DNA of 55,487 nucleotides, counting the filler, from Candidatus Woesearchaeota archaeon (GTDB lineage: Archaea > Nanobdellota > Nanobdellia > Woesearchaeales > DATGWN01): the NCBI GenBank assembly GCA_047603125.1. It is 3 parts of 3 records of this genome, joined end to end, with 100 filler letters (N's around TTAATTAATTAA, not from the genome) between each part and the next. Parts side by side here need not be neighbours in the genome. Positions count along the whole stretch, not along the records: positions 1 to 18,618 come from JBLKOU010000018.1; positions 18,719 to 37,283 come from JBLKOU010000019.1; 1 more part is not named here. One strand, written 5' to 3'. This document shows, piece by piece, positions 16,948 to 26,679 of this stretch. A model generated the notes under the pieces. It did not search any database, had not been told where the DNA came from, and worked only from the letters and a program-made list of their open reading frames with translations. Position 1 is the first letter of the stretch. Every line of letters starts with the position of its first letter. Made by a program: the position numbers and the translations under genes.

Positions 16948-18618
16948 TTAGTTTTTTCTGGAAAAGTACAAATATCCGCCACCAGTGATTGCGATAAGCA
17001 ATAAGATGTAGAAAAACACTCTCCCTGTCGAGAACGGACCGCCTTGTGGACCTGTTACTTGACCTGTAAGAAGATCATCAGCATCTGTAACTTCATCATT
17101 TACAACTTCATCACCCGGACCAAAAGGAATTTCAGGTTCTTGTGTTGCTTGCCCACCTTGCTGCTCAGTTTGTTCTTCTTCTTGAGTTTGTGTCTCATTA
17201 TTTTCTACGAGGAAAACTTCCCCTATATTACCTGGACCTGTTGAACCGCCTGTTGTGGTTGTAGTGGTTGTCTGAGACTGATTATTTTGAACCGTAGTAT
17301 TTGCAACTTTTGTCTTATGAATATCTGAGACCACTAAATCAAGTGTCATATTCCCTTCTTGACCACTGGAGACACAAGTAAGCTTATCTCCCGCAACAGT
17401 ACAATTTGCAACTGACGTATTACCAGCTCCATCAATTGAAAATGATTTGTTTTTCGGATAGGAATAAACTACCACATAATCGCTAAGATTTAACTCAATA
17501 GTGTTATTTCCAGGAGTAAAAACGAGCGTAGGTAAGAATACCTCTGGCTCAAGATCAACTAAAATAACTGCACTTGAATTTATTACAGTCAAATTATTAG
17601 CGCTCGAACTCAACGTGGAATTTGGACTAAAATTAGAATCTAAAATCAAATAGTGATTAGAACCACCTTGGTCATCCAAAGGTCGAACTGCATTTTGAAT
17701 TGTCACATTAATGAGTGTAATATATTGAGCATTTAATGAAACAATGCCACCTGGAGTCATATCAATAAATCCATTTTCAAAATGCGTGTGCTGCGTATTC
17801 GACAAGCTTACACCATACGTTGAACCATTAATAAGTGTGAAATCATACATGGAAAAACCAGTCACATCTTCTAGTGCAACTGTGTTACCTACGGAATGAG
17901 ATTTGATGTTCTTTAAAGTAATATCAGATTGATTTTGAGAAACAATTGAAACGGAGTTTTCGCCTGTAAATTCAAATCCGTTTCCATCCAACGTTACATT
18001 ACTCGCATTAATTTGAATGCATGGAGCAAATGCACCAGCTTGTAAATCATTTACAAGGACATAATATCCCGGATCATTAATTATTGTACACGCAGAAATG
18101 TTTTCAACTACACGAGTCTGCATTACTGTAATAGATTGTAAATGTATATCGGAGACTTCCAAAGTTACATTGGAAACACCGGACGTTTCATTACTTGGCT
18201 GACGAGATAATCCATCAGCAACAACACTACAATTCAATATTGAACTTTGTGTTTGTGATAAGATAGCAAAAGTGACGTCTTTTGGATAAGAATACACCGT
18301 CGTTAATGCTGTCAAATTAATAAAAGATGCGTTTGCACCCCGGTTAAATGTTTGAAGTGAAATATCAAGTTCTGGTTCGATATCCACTAAGATAACTGAA
18401 CTTGAATTCGTCACAGTTACATTATTCGCACTAGAACTTAGCGTGGAATTTGGACTAAAGTTGGAATCTATAATTAAATAGTGATTGGAGCTACCTTGGT
18501 CGTCCAAAGGTCGAACTGCATTTTGAATTGTCACATTAATGAGGGAACTTTGAATAAATGCTAATTTTAGAATTATTTTTGTAAAATCTAAAATTTCAAC
18601 ATAGTATGTCTTCTTTAC
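16948..18618 (-). CDS. Cell-surface protein with parallel beta-helix (NosD/CASH-like) and Ig-like repeats; 5'-truncated at the contig end
   Basis: ISACTIINDPGYYVLVNDL...NVTLDGNG; many NxS/T sequons; Thr-rich linker, C-terminal TM helix and basic tail; frame open to the gap. Confidence 0.8.
   Translation of the reverse strand, partial: VKKTYYVEILDFTKIILKLAFIQSSLINVTIQNAVRPLDDQGSSNHYLIIDSNFSPNSTLSSSANNVTVTNSSSVILVDIEPELDISLQTFNRGANASFINLTALTTVYSYPKDVTFAILSQTQSSILNCSVVADGLSRQPSNETSGVSNVTLEVSDIHLQSITVMQTRVVENISACTIINDPGYYVLVNDLQAGAFAPCIQINASNVTLDGNGFEFTGENSVSIVSQNQSDITLKNIKSHSVGNTVALEDVTGFSMYDFTLINGSTYGVSLSNTQHTHFENGFIDMTPGGIVSLNAQYITLINVTIQNAVRPLDDQGGSNHYLILDSNFSPNSTLSSSANNLTVINSSAVILVDLEPEVFLPTLVFTPGNNTIELNLSDYVVVYSYPKNKSFSIDGAGNTSVANCTVAGDKLTCVSSGQEGNMTLDLVVSDIHKTKVANTTVQNNQSQTTTTTTTGGSTGPGNIGEVFLVENNETQTQEEEQTEQQGGQATQEPEIPFGPGDEVVNDEVTDADDLLTGQVTGPQGGPFSTGRVFFYILLLIAITGGGYLYFSRKN
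17675..18543. repeat. Intragenic duplication, period 828 bp (276 aa)
   Basis: 41-bp identical blocks at 17675-17715 and 18503-18543; TIQNAVRPLDDQG..NHYLI.DSNFSPNSTLSSSANN occurs twice. Confidence 0.9.
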
Positions 18619-18718
18619 NNNNNNNNNNNNNNNNNNNNNNNNNNNNNNNNNNNNNNNNNNNNTTAATTAATTAANNNNNNNNNNNNNNNNNNNNNNNNNN
18701 NNNNNNNNNNNNNNNNNN
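18619..18718. other. Artificial contig linker
   Basis: N44-TTAATTAATTAA-N44, stop codons in all frames. Confidence 0.97.
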
Positions 18719-18818
18719 GGTTTGAAGGAATCTTTTTACAAATGGAAGACGAGAGCTCCGATTTTTGATTTGACGGAGGATTTTCATTATGTTTTTCTTT
18801 TTTCTCAGACAAAAACGA

Positions 18819-19009
18819 AGGCTTCATCCAAAAAAAGAGAAAGAGCACCTTGGCGCAAGACCAGACAATTTGGTGATTGTTTGAAAGCCTCTTTCAAACT
18901 TGAGGATGGGAATCCGAAAACATACAGCGAAATTTTCGCACTATTCTCAAAGCGGGACTCTTGAGCTAAATCTGCGTGCTCTTCTTTGAAAAACAATTAT
19001 TGGATGAAG
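18819..19009. repeat. Dispersed structured repeat, copy B (longest, mosaic)
   Basis: Shares the 24-nt core with A and D and a 46-nt block (45/46) with C; terminal inverted repeat CTTCATCCAA/TTGGATGAAG. Confidence 0.9.
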
Positions 19010-19056
19010 AAGAAAACAGAAATACCTTTTTAAAGCTTAAAAATCAAAAAACGTAC

Positions 19057-20715
19057 ATGGCACTCCTTTATGCGCTCGTTGCAGCCGCACCTGTACTTGT
19101 TATGCTGATTTTGCTTGCAGGATTTAAGTGGCCTGCAAAAAAAGCAATGGCAGTCACTCTTGTCATTACCATTTTCTTGTCATATACTGTGTGGAATATG
19201 TCAAAGACAACCATTCTTGCCGCAGGAACAAATGGTATTATTATTGCACTAGAAATTCTCTATATTGTTTTTGGTGCGCTCTTACTTTTAAATATCTTAA
19301 AAAATGCAGGTGCGCTTGCACGCATTAAAGACGAATTCTCCAAAATTTCACCGGATCGACGAATTCAAGTAATCATTATTGCCTGGCTTTTTGGCGCATT
19401 TTTGGAGGCGGTTGCAGGGTTTGGAACACCTGCAGCAATTGTTGGACCTCTTCTTGTTGGAATCGGTTTTCCTGCAATGGCAGCAGTCATGTGCGCACTT
19501 ATTATTCAATCTACACCGGTCTCTTTTGGGGCATTGGGAACACCTCTTCTTATAGGAGTAACAAGTGGGCTGGAAGGATCCGATCAAGTACTGGCAACTG
19601 CAGGGCAAGCAGGACTTGTCGGCTATGTGAATGAAATTGGTTTTTTTGTTGCACTCATCCACGGAATTGTCGGAACACTCATCCCACTATTTGTTGTATG
19701 TATGCTCACACAATTTTATGGAACAAAGCGATCTTTTTTAGAAGGTTTGCAAGTGTGGAAGTTTGCAATTGCAGCGGGGCTTGCATTTACTATCCCCTCT
19801 ATTCTAACAGCTTATAGCGGCATTGGCGTTGAGTTTCCTTCGTTATTTGGAAGCATTATTGGTCTTATTATTGTTATCACACTTGCAAGAAAAAATATAT
19901 TTACACCCAAACAAACATGGGACTTTCCGCCTCGAAAAGATTGGATACAGGATTGGATTGGCACTGTTCGTATAGCTCCAGAAAAACCAAAAAAAACAAT
20001 GACGCATGTTCGCGCATGGGCACCATACGCAATCGTTTCTTTATTACTCCTTTTTTCACGATTAATTGAGCCCATAAAAGACTTTATGTCAACGGCTCTT
20101 GTTTTACGCTGGCCAAATATTTTTGGAACTGCCATCACAGGAGAATTTCGAACACTCTATCTTCCGGGATTTTTTTTCATTACAACAGCTCTCATCGCCA
20201 TTGTATTATATAGCATGACAAAAAACCAAGTCAAAGACGCATTTCAAGTTTCATTTTCGACAACTGCAAAAGCAAGTGTTGCAATGCTTTTAGCACTACC
20301 CATGGTACAAATATTCATTCACAGTCAAACAAGTGAACTTGCCAGCATGCCCGTCTTTTTAGCGCAATATTTAGCACAATTTACCGGACCAATTTGGCCA
20401 TTTTTAGCTCCCTTTATTGGCGCATTCGGAGCATTTATTGCAGGTTCAAATACATTTAGTAATATGATGTTCTCACTTCTCCAATTCACAATTGCAGAAA
20501 GTGTTGGAGCAAAAGCCTCCGTCGTCGTTGCACTACAAGCTGTTGGAGGAGCAGCAGGAAATATGATTAGTGTTCACAATGTTGTTGCAGCAGCTGCCAC
20601 CGTCGGACTTATTGGTAAGGAAGGCATACTTATTCGAAAAGTACTCTTACCACTTCTTTACTATCTTATATTTGCCGGAATCATTGGATTCACTCTTGCC
20701 TTCACACTCATATGA
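19057..20715 (+). CDS. lctP: L-lactate permease
   Basis: ISPDRRIQ...[39 protein letters not shown]; many TM helices. Confidence 0.93.
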   Translation: MALLYALVAAAPVLVMLILLAGFKWPAKKAMAVTLVITIFLSYTVWNMSKTTILAAGTNGIIIALEILYIVFGALLLLNILKNAGALARIKDEFSKISPDRRIQVIIIAWLFGAFLEAVAGFGTPAAIVGPLLVGIGFPAMAAVMCALIIQSTPVSFGALGTPLLIGVTSGLEGSDQVLATAGQAGLVGYVNEIGFFVALIHGIVGTLIPLFVVCMLTQFYGTKRSFLEGLQVWKFAIAAGLAFTIPSILTAYSGIGVEFPSLFGSIIGLIIVITLARKNIFTPKQTWDFPPRKDWIQDWIGTVRIAPEKPKKTMTHVRAWAPYAIVSLLLLFSRLIEPIKDFMSTALVLRWPNIFGTAITGEFRTLYLPGFFFITTALIAIVLYSMTKNQVKDAFQVSFSTTAKASVAMLLALPMVQIFIHSQTSELASMPVFLAQYLAQFTGPIWPFLAPFIGAFGAFIAGSNTFSNMMFSLLQFTIAESVGAKASVVVALQAVGGAAGNMISVHNVVAAAATVGLIGKEGILIRKVLLPLLYYLIFAGIIGFTLAFTLI

Positions 20716-21287
20716 GCGAATCATTTTTAGAATACAAAAAACGCATACTTACAAGAGTTGATAAATCTTCAAAGCAAAGTATTGATAAAAAGATTATTCC
20801 GCTCTATAAAAAAATAAATCAACTTGATTCCTTTGTCACCACAAGTTCATGTGCAGGAAGAATTGTCCTCTCAAGAGGAGAGACGAAAAAAGAATATGAA
20901 TGGCTATTTGTTTCGCATACACAAGTTTCGAGAAAAAAACTTCTGGAACAAATACAAAATATAAAGCTCACAAATAAGACTGTTTACTTAAAATGTGAAT
21001 CATTTATATTACATGTCAGCTGTGACACCCTTGCAAGCGCGCAATTGCTTATCGATGGAGCAAGAATGGTGGGTTTAGCAAGGTCGAGTATTATCGAAAG
21101 TAAAAAACATATTGTTGTCGAATTAGTGTATGCACACCCAATAGTATTTGTGTTATTTGAAAAGAAAAAACAGCTCTATACAGAAGAATCACTTCAGGTT
21201 ATAGTAACGCTTCTTAATAGACAATTACGCAAAACACATAAAAAAATCAAGGAATTTGAAACTATGATTGAAGAATTTTTCTTGTGA
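20712..21287 (+). CDS. taw3: tRNA wyosine-derivative methyltransferase Taw3/TYW3
   Basis: DKS...[24 protein letters not shown]. Confidence 0.88.
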   Translation: MSESFLEYKKRILTRVDKSSKQSIDKKIIPLYKKINQLDSFVTTSSCAGRIVLSRGETKKEYEWLFVSHTQVSRKKLLEQIQNIKLTNKTVYLKCESFILHVSCDTLASAQLLIDGARMVGLARSSIIESKKHIVVELVYAHPIVFVLFEKKKQLYTEESLQVIVTLLNRQLRKTHKKIKEFETMIEEFFL

Positions 21288-22536
21288 CATTTTTGTAGTC
21301 TTCTACATTCGGCTGATCAAATGGATTCACATCAAGTAAATATCCTAAATACATTACTTCTATCATTTTTGTTTGTAAAAAATATCCAATCTCATATTCT
21401 GATTTTTTGTGAAGTTCATACACACTCAACGGTCTTTTTTTGGTTTGCAATGTCTTTGTTATTCCTTGCAATATTGCAGAGTGTATAGTCTGAATTTTTT
21501 TGTTCTGTAAATGTGAAACTAAATGATTCCAAGCAGGTTCAGAAACCGCAACGGATTTTTTAGATGGTGCGTGTAAAAACATATGATACGTTGTATTTGG
21601 TCCGCCCACGTAGAGTTGTGCAAGTGAGTGTAAGTCCGTTGAACCAACGCTTACTGTCGGTTGTATTCCGCAATGAATTTTTCTTCCCGATGTTGAAAAT
21701 TCTTTTCCTATACTCTCACCAATGAGTTGTCGAAACCATTTTCCTATAGACTCAAAATCACTATTAAAGACAAATAAGTTTGCATTCACAAAACCTTTTT
21801 TATAGAGTTTTTCCATAATAAGCGCATTTTTAGCAGCAATATTTGTACTCAAAGAAGACGTTGTGTTATCTAATACAGCCTGCCTCGCCCCCTTTAAAAG
21901 TTGCGTTGTTGAGATACGAGATAGTTCCAATGCAAATAATCCTACTGCGCTAAAGACAGAGAACCTCCCCCCTATTTTTTTTGAAATAGACAGTGTTGCA
22001 AAACCTTGCTCTTTGGCAAATGACTCATATTGAGAATTTTTATCACTAATAACAACAACATATTTTTCAAAACCCTTTTGCAATGTTTTTAGGTGGGAAA
22101 CGAATACTCTTGTATTTGCAATTGTTTCTGTTGTTGAGCCTGACTTACTAATACTTATCAAAAGCACCTTTTTTTTGCGTGCAATTGTTTGAGTCATTTG
22201 TTGCTTTATCCCAAAGAGAACATCTGAATCAGTTGTGTCTGCAAAAAGAAATTGTGGTGAGCCCGCCAATTGCGCATTCTGACCTAAAAGTGCATCACGA
22301 ACAGCAATCGTTCCTAGATTGCTCCCACCAATTCCTATTAATACGACAAGCTCGACACCTATATACTGTTTTGCTAATAAACGACACTCGCGAAGTTTTT
22401 GTACATCAAAGGGCGCACACACTGATGCAAAATCGCTTTGCATAGTTGCTTGAGAAACATTTCTAATTTGCGGTCGTAATCGCTGCAATTGTTTTGCATT
22501 TACGGTTACACGCGAATGCTGCGCTTCAAACTTCAT
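21262..22536 (-). CDS. pgi: Glucose-6-phosphate isomerase (PGI superfamily)
   Basis: GIGGSNLG, SKSGSTTET, GGRFSV, QLIGESIGK, DLHS, NPFDQPNVE. Confidence 0.92.
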   Translation of the reverse strand: MKFEAQHSRVTVNAKQLQRLRPQIRNVSQATMQSDFASVCAPFDVQKLRECRLLAKQYIGVELVVLIGIGGSNLGTIAVRDALLGQNAQLAGSPQFLFADTTDSDVLFGIKQQMTQTIARKKKVLLISISKSGSTTETIANTRVFVSHLKTLQKGFEKYVVVISDKNSQYESFAKEQGFATLSISKKIGGRFSVFSAVGLFALELSRISTTQLLKGARQAVLDNTTSSLSTNIAAKNALIMEKLYKKGFVNANLFVFNSDFESIGKWFRQLIGESIGKEFSTSGRKIHCGIQPTVSVGSTDLHSLAQLYVGGPNTTYHMFLHAPSKKSVAVSEPAWNHLVSHLQNKKIQTIHSAILQGITKTLQTKKRPLSVYELHKKSEYEIGYFLQTKMIEVMYLGYLLDVNPFDQPNVEDYKNVTRKILQS

Positions 22537-23312
22537 AGCAAATCCTCGTACTCTTTCACCGTATCCTTTTCAAATATCTCAACACCTTCTTTTGTTTTAG
22601 GATGCTGTGTCATTTGTGCTAATAATGAGAGCGGTACTGTCACAACATGCGCACCTACAAGAGCTGATTCGCGAATGTGACGTGTAGTGCGAATAGATGC
22701 ACTTAAGACTTGTGTTTTATATCCTTGTAATACTAACACACATTGCCTAACAAGTTCAATACCTGAAACAATACCGTGATCTTCAAGCGCATGTGCTCCG
22801 ACATACCAGCCATAGGATGGGAAATGATGTTTCGGGTCACTTTGCACACCATGGAGCTGTTTAATATAATCTTCTTGTCTGCCAACAAAGGGACTGACAT
22901 ATGTTGCCCCCGCTTTTGCCGCTAATAAAGCTTGCTCCGGTGTGAAAATCAATGTAACATTTACTGGAATCTTTTTTTTGCTTAAATGTTTAATAACGCC
23001 AAGTGAATCAAAATCGTCTTTATTATTATGCATGGGTATTTTAATCACAACCATATTTGACTTTGTAGAAAAGGTTTCATATAAACGAAGTGCCTGCGAA
23101 ATCATCTGCTGCTGTGTCCCCCCTTTTACTTCTAAGCTCACCGGTTTGTGTTTGAGAAGAGTCAGTATTTTTTTAATATATACTTTCATATCTTTAATCT
23201 TATGTTTTTTTGCTGCCTTTTTTATGAGACTTGGATTTGTTGTTATCCCATCTATAATTTGCTGCGCACTTTTAATTTCATCTATGTCTGCTGAATCTAA
23301 AAATAATTTCAT
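22533..23312 (-). CDS. tal: Transaldolase (TalC/FSA-like small type)
   Basis: FLDSAD, GITTNPSL, VIKIP, NVTLIF, SPFVGR (Phe indicates transaldolase rather than FSA). Confidence 0.9.
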   Translation of the reverse strand: MKLFLDSADIDEIKSAQQIIDGITTNPSLIKKAAKKHKIKDMKVYIKKILTLLKHKPVSLEVKGGTQQQMISQALRLYETFSTKSNMVVIKIPMHNNKDDFDSLGVIKHLSKKKIPVNVTLIFTPEQALLAAKAGATYVSPFVGRQEDYIKQLHGVQSDPKHHFPSYGWYVGAHALEDHGIVSGIELVRQCVLVLQGYKTQVLSASIRTTRHIRESALVGAHVVTVPLSLLAQMTQHPKTKEGVEIFEKDTVKEYEDLL

Positions 23313-25132
23313 TTTCGTAATCCCTTTCTGACTGCTTGCATGATTGCGTTTTCATCAATATGATGATACGAGAGTAGTTGATCCTTTGACCCACTCATGG
23401 ATGGTTCATGAACACAGAGATGTTCAAAATGAATATGTGCATCTGCTATTTCTTTTGCAATCATCTCACCCAATCCTCCTGCAGGAAAATGATCTTCTAC
23501 GACAATAACACGATTTCCATGTGTTTTTGCAAAACGTATAAACGCCTGTGCATCAAATGGTTTTATGCTATAGCAATCAATAACACAAACTGGTATCCCT
23601 TGCTTTAATAATTTATCGTGCGCATGCAATGCCTCAAAAACAGTAACCCCACAGCCGACAATAATTGCCTTTGCGTGTGAGTGTTTTTCAAGAATATGAA
23701 AACCACCGGGTTTAAACACATCTGTTTTTTTATAGATGACTGGCGTTTTTGGGCGACTCGTTCGAATATAAGAAATTCCCTCGTGTTTTGCTGCTAGTTC
23801 AACAACTCGTTGTGTGCTCACCGCATCACTCGGATAATAAACCTGACTATTTGGTAAATTTCGAAACATCGAAATATCTTCTAATCCCATCTGGGAAGGT
23901 CCGTCCTCACCAATGGAAACACCCGCATGAGAACCACAAAATATCGCTTTTGCTCCAGAAAGCGCACCCATGCGTAATTGATCATGCGCGCGAGTGAAAA
24001 ATGCTGCAAATGTCGAACTAAACGGTACTAAACCCATTGTTGCAGCACCAATCGCCATTCCAACCATATTTTGTTCTGCTATATAGGATTGCACAAATTT
24101 TTCTGGTGCTACTATTTCAAAGGATTGTGCAAATGTTGAGTTTTGTGTCTCGGCATCAAACACAATGACGGGTTCCTTTTTTAGTTGTGCAAGTGCATCC
24201 CCATATGCATTTCTTGTTGCAACTTCATGTGCAAAGGGATATGTTGGTTTTATTTTTGCAGTTATTTTTTGTTGCTTAAATTGAGACTTTTTTGGTTTTT
24301 GAATTTTGACGGGAGGAACAACCACTTCTTCAAGTTCATCTAGCGCATGCGAAAGTTCATTTGCTGTTAATGCGCGACCATGCCAACCTTCTTTATCTTC
24401 TAAAAATGAAACACCCTTTCCTTTGAATGTTTTGGCAAGAATAACCAATGGCTTTTTATGAGGTTTTTGTGTAAGTGCTTTTTGAATTTGTGTGACACTA
24501 TGTCCATCAATAACAAGCGCGTGACAACCAAACGACTCAAACCTGCGTTTATATTCACTGACATGATGTCCTAATTGTGTTGGACCTGTTTGTCCAAGCC
24601 TGTTTACATCAACAATCACTACAATATTTTCTAATTGATAATGTGCTGCTAGCTGAGCTGCTTCATAAACTGATCCTTCTGCCAGTTCACTATCACCCAT
24701 GAGAACATAAACTTTCAAATCACGTTGTGTTTGTTTTGCACTCAGCGCCATGCCAACAGCATTAGAGAACCCTTGCCCTAATGAACCCGTTGCAACCTTA
24801 GCCCATGGAAAAACTGTGGGTATAGGATGTCCTTCTAATGGACTTTTAAACTCACGTAAACTGAAAAGAGAATGTTTTATTGCACCTGCTCGTTTGAGTG
24901 CGGCATATAGAATGGGAGCTGCATGGCCCTTACTTAAAACGAATTGATCATTGTCCACATTGTGTGGGTTCTTACTATCATATTGCATATGTTCAAAAAA
25001 TAAAACACTCATAATTTCTGCACAAGATAGACACGACGTCGGATGACCGCTTTTTGCATGTGTTGTCATCTCTAAAGAATCTCTTCGTAAATGTGTTGCA
25101 TATGCTTGTAATAAACCCTCTTTTTTTTTCAT
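23309..25132 (-). CDS. tkt: Transketolase (single chain, ~610-aa type)
   Basis: SGHPTSCLS, LSKGHAAP, GSLGQG, GDSE...N ThDP motif, IAEQNM, GEDGPSQM, VEDH. Confidence 0.96.
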   Translation of the reverse strand: MKKKEGLLQAYATHLRRDSLEMTTHAKSGHPTSCLSCAEIMSVLFFEHMQYDSKNPHNVDNDQFVLSKGHAAPILYAALKRAGAIKHSLFSLREFKSPLEGHPIPTVFPWAKVATGSLGQGFSNAVGMALSAKQTQRDLKVYVLMGDSELAEGSVYEAAQLAAHYQLENIVVIVDVNRLGQTGPTQLGHHVSEYKRRFESFGCHALVIDGHSVTQIQKALTQKPHKKPLVILAKTFKGKGVSFLEDKEGWHGRALTANELSHALDELEEVVVPPVKIQKPKKSQFKQQKITAKIKPTYPFAHEVATRNAYGDALAQLKKEPVIVFDAETQNSTFAQSFEIVAPEKFVQSYIAEQNMVGMAIGAATMGLVPFSSTFAAFFTRAHDQLRMGALSGAKAIFCGSHAGVSIGEDGPSQMGLEDISMFRNLPNSQVYYPSDAVSTQRVVELAAKHEGISYIRTSRPKTPVIYKKTDVFKPGGFHILEKHSHAKAIIVGCGVTVFEALHAHDKLLKQGIPVCVIDCYSIKPFDAQAFIRFAKTHGNRVIVVEDHFPAGGLGEMIAKEIADAHIHFEHLCVHEPSMSGSKDQLLSYHHIDENAIMQAVRKGLRK

Positions 25133-25228
25133 GTTACACCCTTTTTTCAGTATTGTTTAAATGCGTCTTTATTTATAAGTTTCATGGTTTTTCGGGCATA
25201 TCAAAATTACACAAAAAAGTACACCTAT

Positions 25229-25378
25229 ACAATTGCTACTGCACGGCGATTTTACGACAGCTGTCTCTTCTGCGTCGAAGCACCTACATATTTTCGGATT
25301 TCCATCCTCAAGTTTGAAAGAGGCTTTCAAACAATCGGTGCTTCTTCTGATTTTGCGCCAAGGTGCAGTAGCAATTGT
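25229..25378. repeat. Dispersed structured repeat, copy C
   Basis: Perfect 16-bp closing inverted repeat ACAATTGCTACTGCAC/GTGCAGTAGCAATTGT; 25291-25336 matches the reverse complement of 18875-18920. Confidence 0.9.
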
Positions 25379-25414
25379 TTTTCGGACATGTCCGAGTTTT
25401 TAATCCAACGCTCG

Positions 25415-26035
25415 TTAATTCTCAGAATCGTCTTCTATAACAACGTATGGTAATTCTTGGATAACTAGCCAAAGTGATTTTGCATCCCCGAGCGCATTAT
25501 GCTCAGGATATGGATTTTTGATTCCAAATAATGTCGGAAGTGTAGAACTTGCAAATCCTTTTGTTTTCATATTAAGGGTCAAAAATAGCGTTTGCAAATT
25601 ATGAAAAGTTCTTGTATCAAAATGAGTCGATAACTCATGTAAAAGTACATTTTCGGTAAGAACGCTCGCATCATTACCAAAAGAAAAACATGGAGTTTGT
25701 TTTATGAATTGTAAAAACTCTTGCCAGACTGGAACAAATAGCTGCGCACTATCAATTTGTTCTTGTGTTATTTTTGTCAAATTCTTATTATATTCACTCA
25801 GAGTAGGATTTTTAAGCGGTTTGACAAACATGCAGAATTCATCAACGATTTTCCTTGTAATTAAATCAACTTTAATCGCTCCAATTTGTGTTATTTCACG
25901 AAACTGTTGTTTTTTTGTGTCATACCCCTGCTCATTTGTTCCTTCCCAACTCGTATACTCAGTATCGTAGAGAATAATATATCGAGGAAGATACACGCTT
26001 GGTATTTGTTCTTTTTTGAGGGGAGCTTGCATCAT
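25415..26035 (-). CDS. DEDDh 3'-5' exonuclease (ERI-1/KapD-like)
   Basis: YDTEYT, EITQIGAIK, FGND, HNALGDA. Confidence 0.9.
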   Translation of the reverse strand: MMQAPLKKEQIPSVYLPRYIILYDTEYTSWEGTNEQGYDTKKQQFREITQIGAIKVDLITRKIVDEFCMFVKPLKNPTLSEYNKNLTKITQEQIDSAQLFVPVWQEFLQFIKQTPCFSFGNDASVLTENVLLHELSTHFDTRTFHNLQTLFLTLNMKTKGFASSTLPTLFGIKNPYPEHNALGDAKSLWLVIQELPYVVIEDDSEN

Positions 26036-26679
26036 TTGTTTTCCTTTACTTGTTGGACTATTGTTCGAATAGTCTGACGCTTATCTGTTGCTTTTTGTAG
26101 ATAGGAACCCATGACAAAGTGTGTTATGCCAAATGGAATAAACGACTCGATTCGAGGAGGTGTCATCGCCCCATCGATAATAATACGCTTTTTTGGATAT
26201 TGCTCACGAACTTTTTTTGCAAATGTTTTTCGTGAAGCAATGTATGGCGCACCATATGAGCCAGGATTTACCGTCAATAATAAAATAGAATCAAAACCCG
26301 TATATTGCTCAAGTGATTTAAGAGGCGTTTTTGGTGAGAGCGCTAGTCCTACTTGAACGCCTAATTTTTTAGCAAGTGCGATTGCTTTTTGTACATTCTC
26401 AGATTCGACATGCATATATACTCTCTTACAAAATGAAAACCTTCGTACATGTAATAGCGGGTGTTGCACCATCAAATGCGCTTCACAGGCATGTTTTCGA
26501 ACAGCAGATAATGTGCAAAGTAACGAATGATTTTTTACAAACACTCCGTCCATCACATCTAAATGCAACGTTTTTGCAAAAGAAATATCCTTGTATATTT
26601 GGCGAATTTGCATATGTGTCTTTGCAATAACGGACGGATAAATAGTAATATTTTTTGTTTGAGATGTCTTTTTTTTCAT
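26032..26679 (-). CDS. rpe: Ribulose-phosphate 3-epimerase
   Basis: PSVI, HLDVMDGVFV, EAHLMV, HVE, VNPG, IDG, VMGS. Confidence 0.92.
   Translation of the reverse strand: MKKKTSQTKNITIYPSVIAKTHMQIRQIYKDISFAKTLHLDVMDGVFVKNHSLLCTLSAVRKHACEAHLMVQHPLLHVRRFSFCKRVYMHVESENVQKAIALAKKLGVQVGLALSPKTPLKSLEQYTGFDSILLLTVNPGSYGAPYIASRKTFAKKVREQYPKKRIIIDGAMTPPRIESFIPFGITHFVMGSYLQKATDKRQTIRTIVQQVKENK

Noticed and set aside
17675..18543. Near-identical repeats as a possible DGR template/variable pair
   Set aside because: Both copies are in-frame in one gene, differences are not adenine-specific, and no reverse transcriptase is present
18619..18718. TTAATTAATTAA palindrome inside an N-run, repeated at 37328-37339
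   Set aside because: Artificial all-frame-stop linker joining contigs; ORFs and synteny across it are meaningless
18875..18899. TTTGAAAG resembling a CRISPR repeat end
   Set aside because: No regularly spaced repeat-spacer array and no cas genes; it is one arm of a hairpin in the dispersed element
18722..18996. ORFs 18722..18964, 18805..18996, 25184..25453 and 55185..55394
   Set aside because: They overlap the non-coding repeat copies and have no conserved frame among copies
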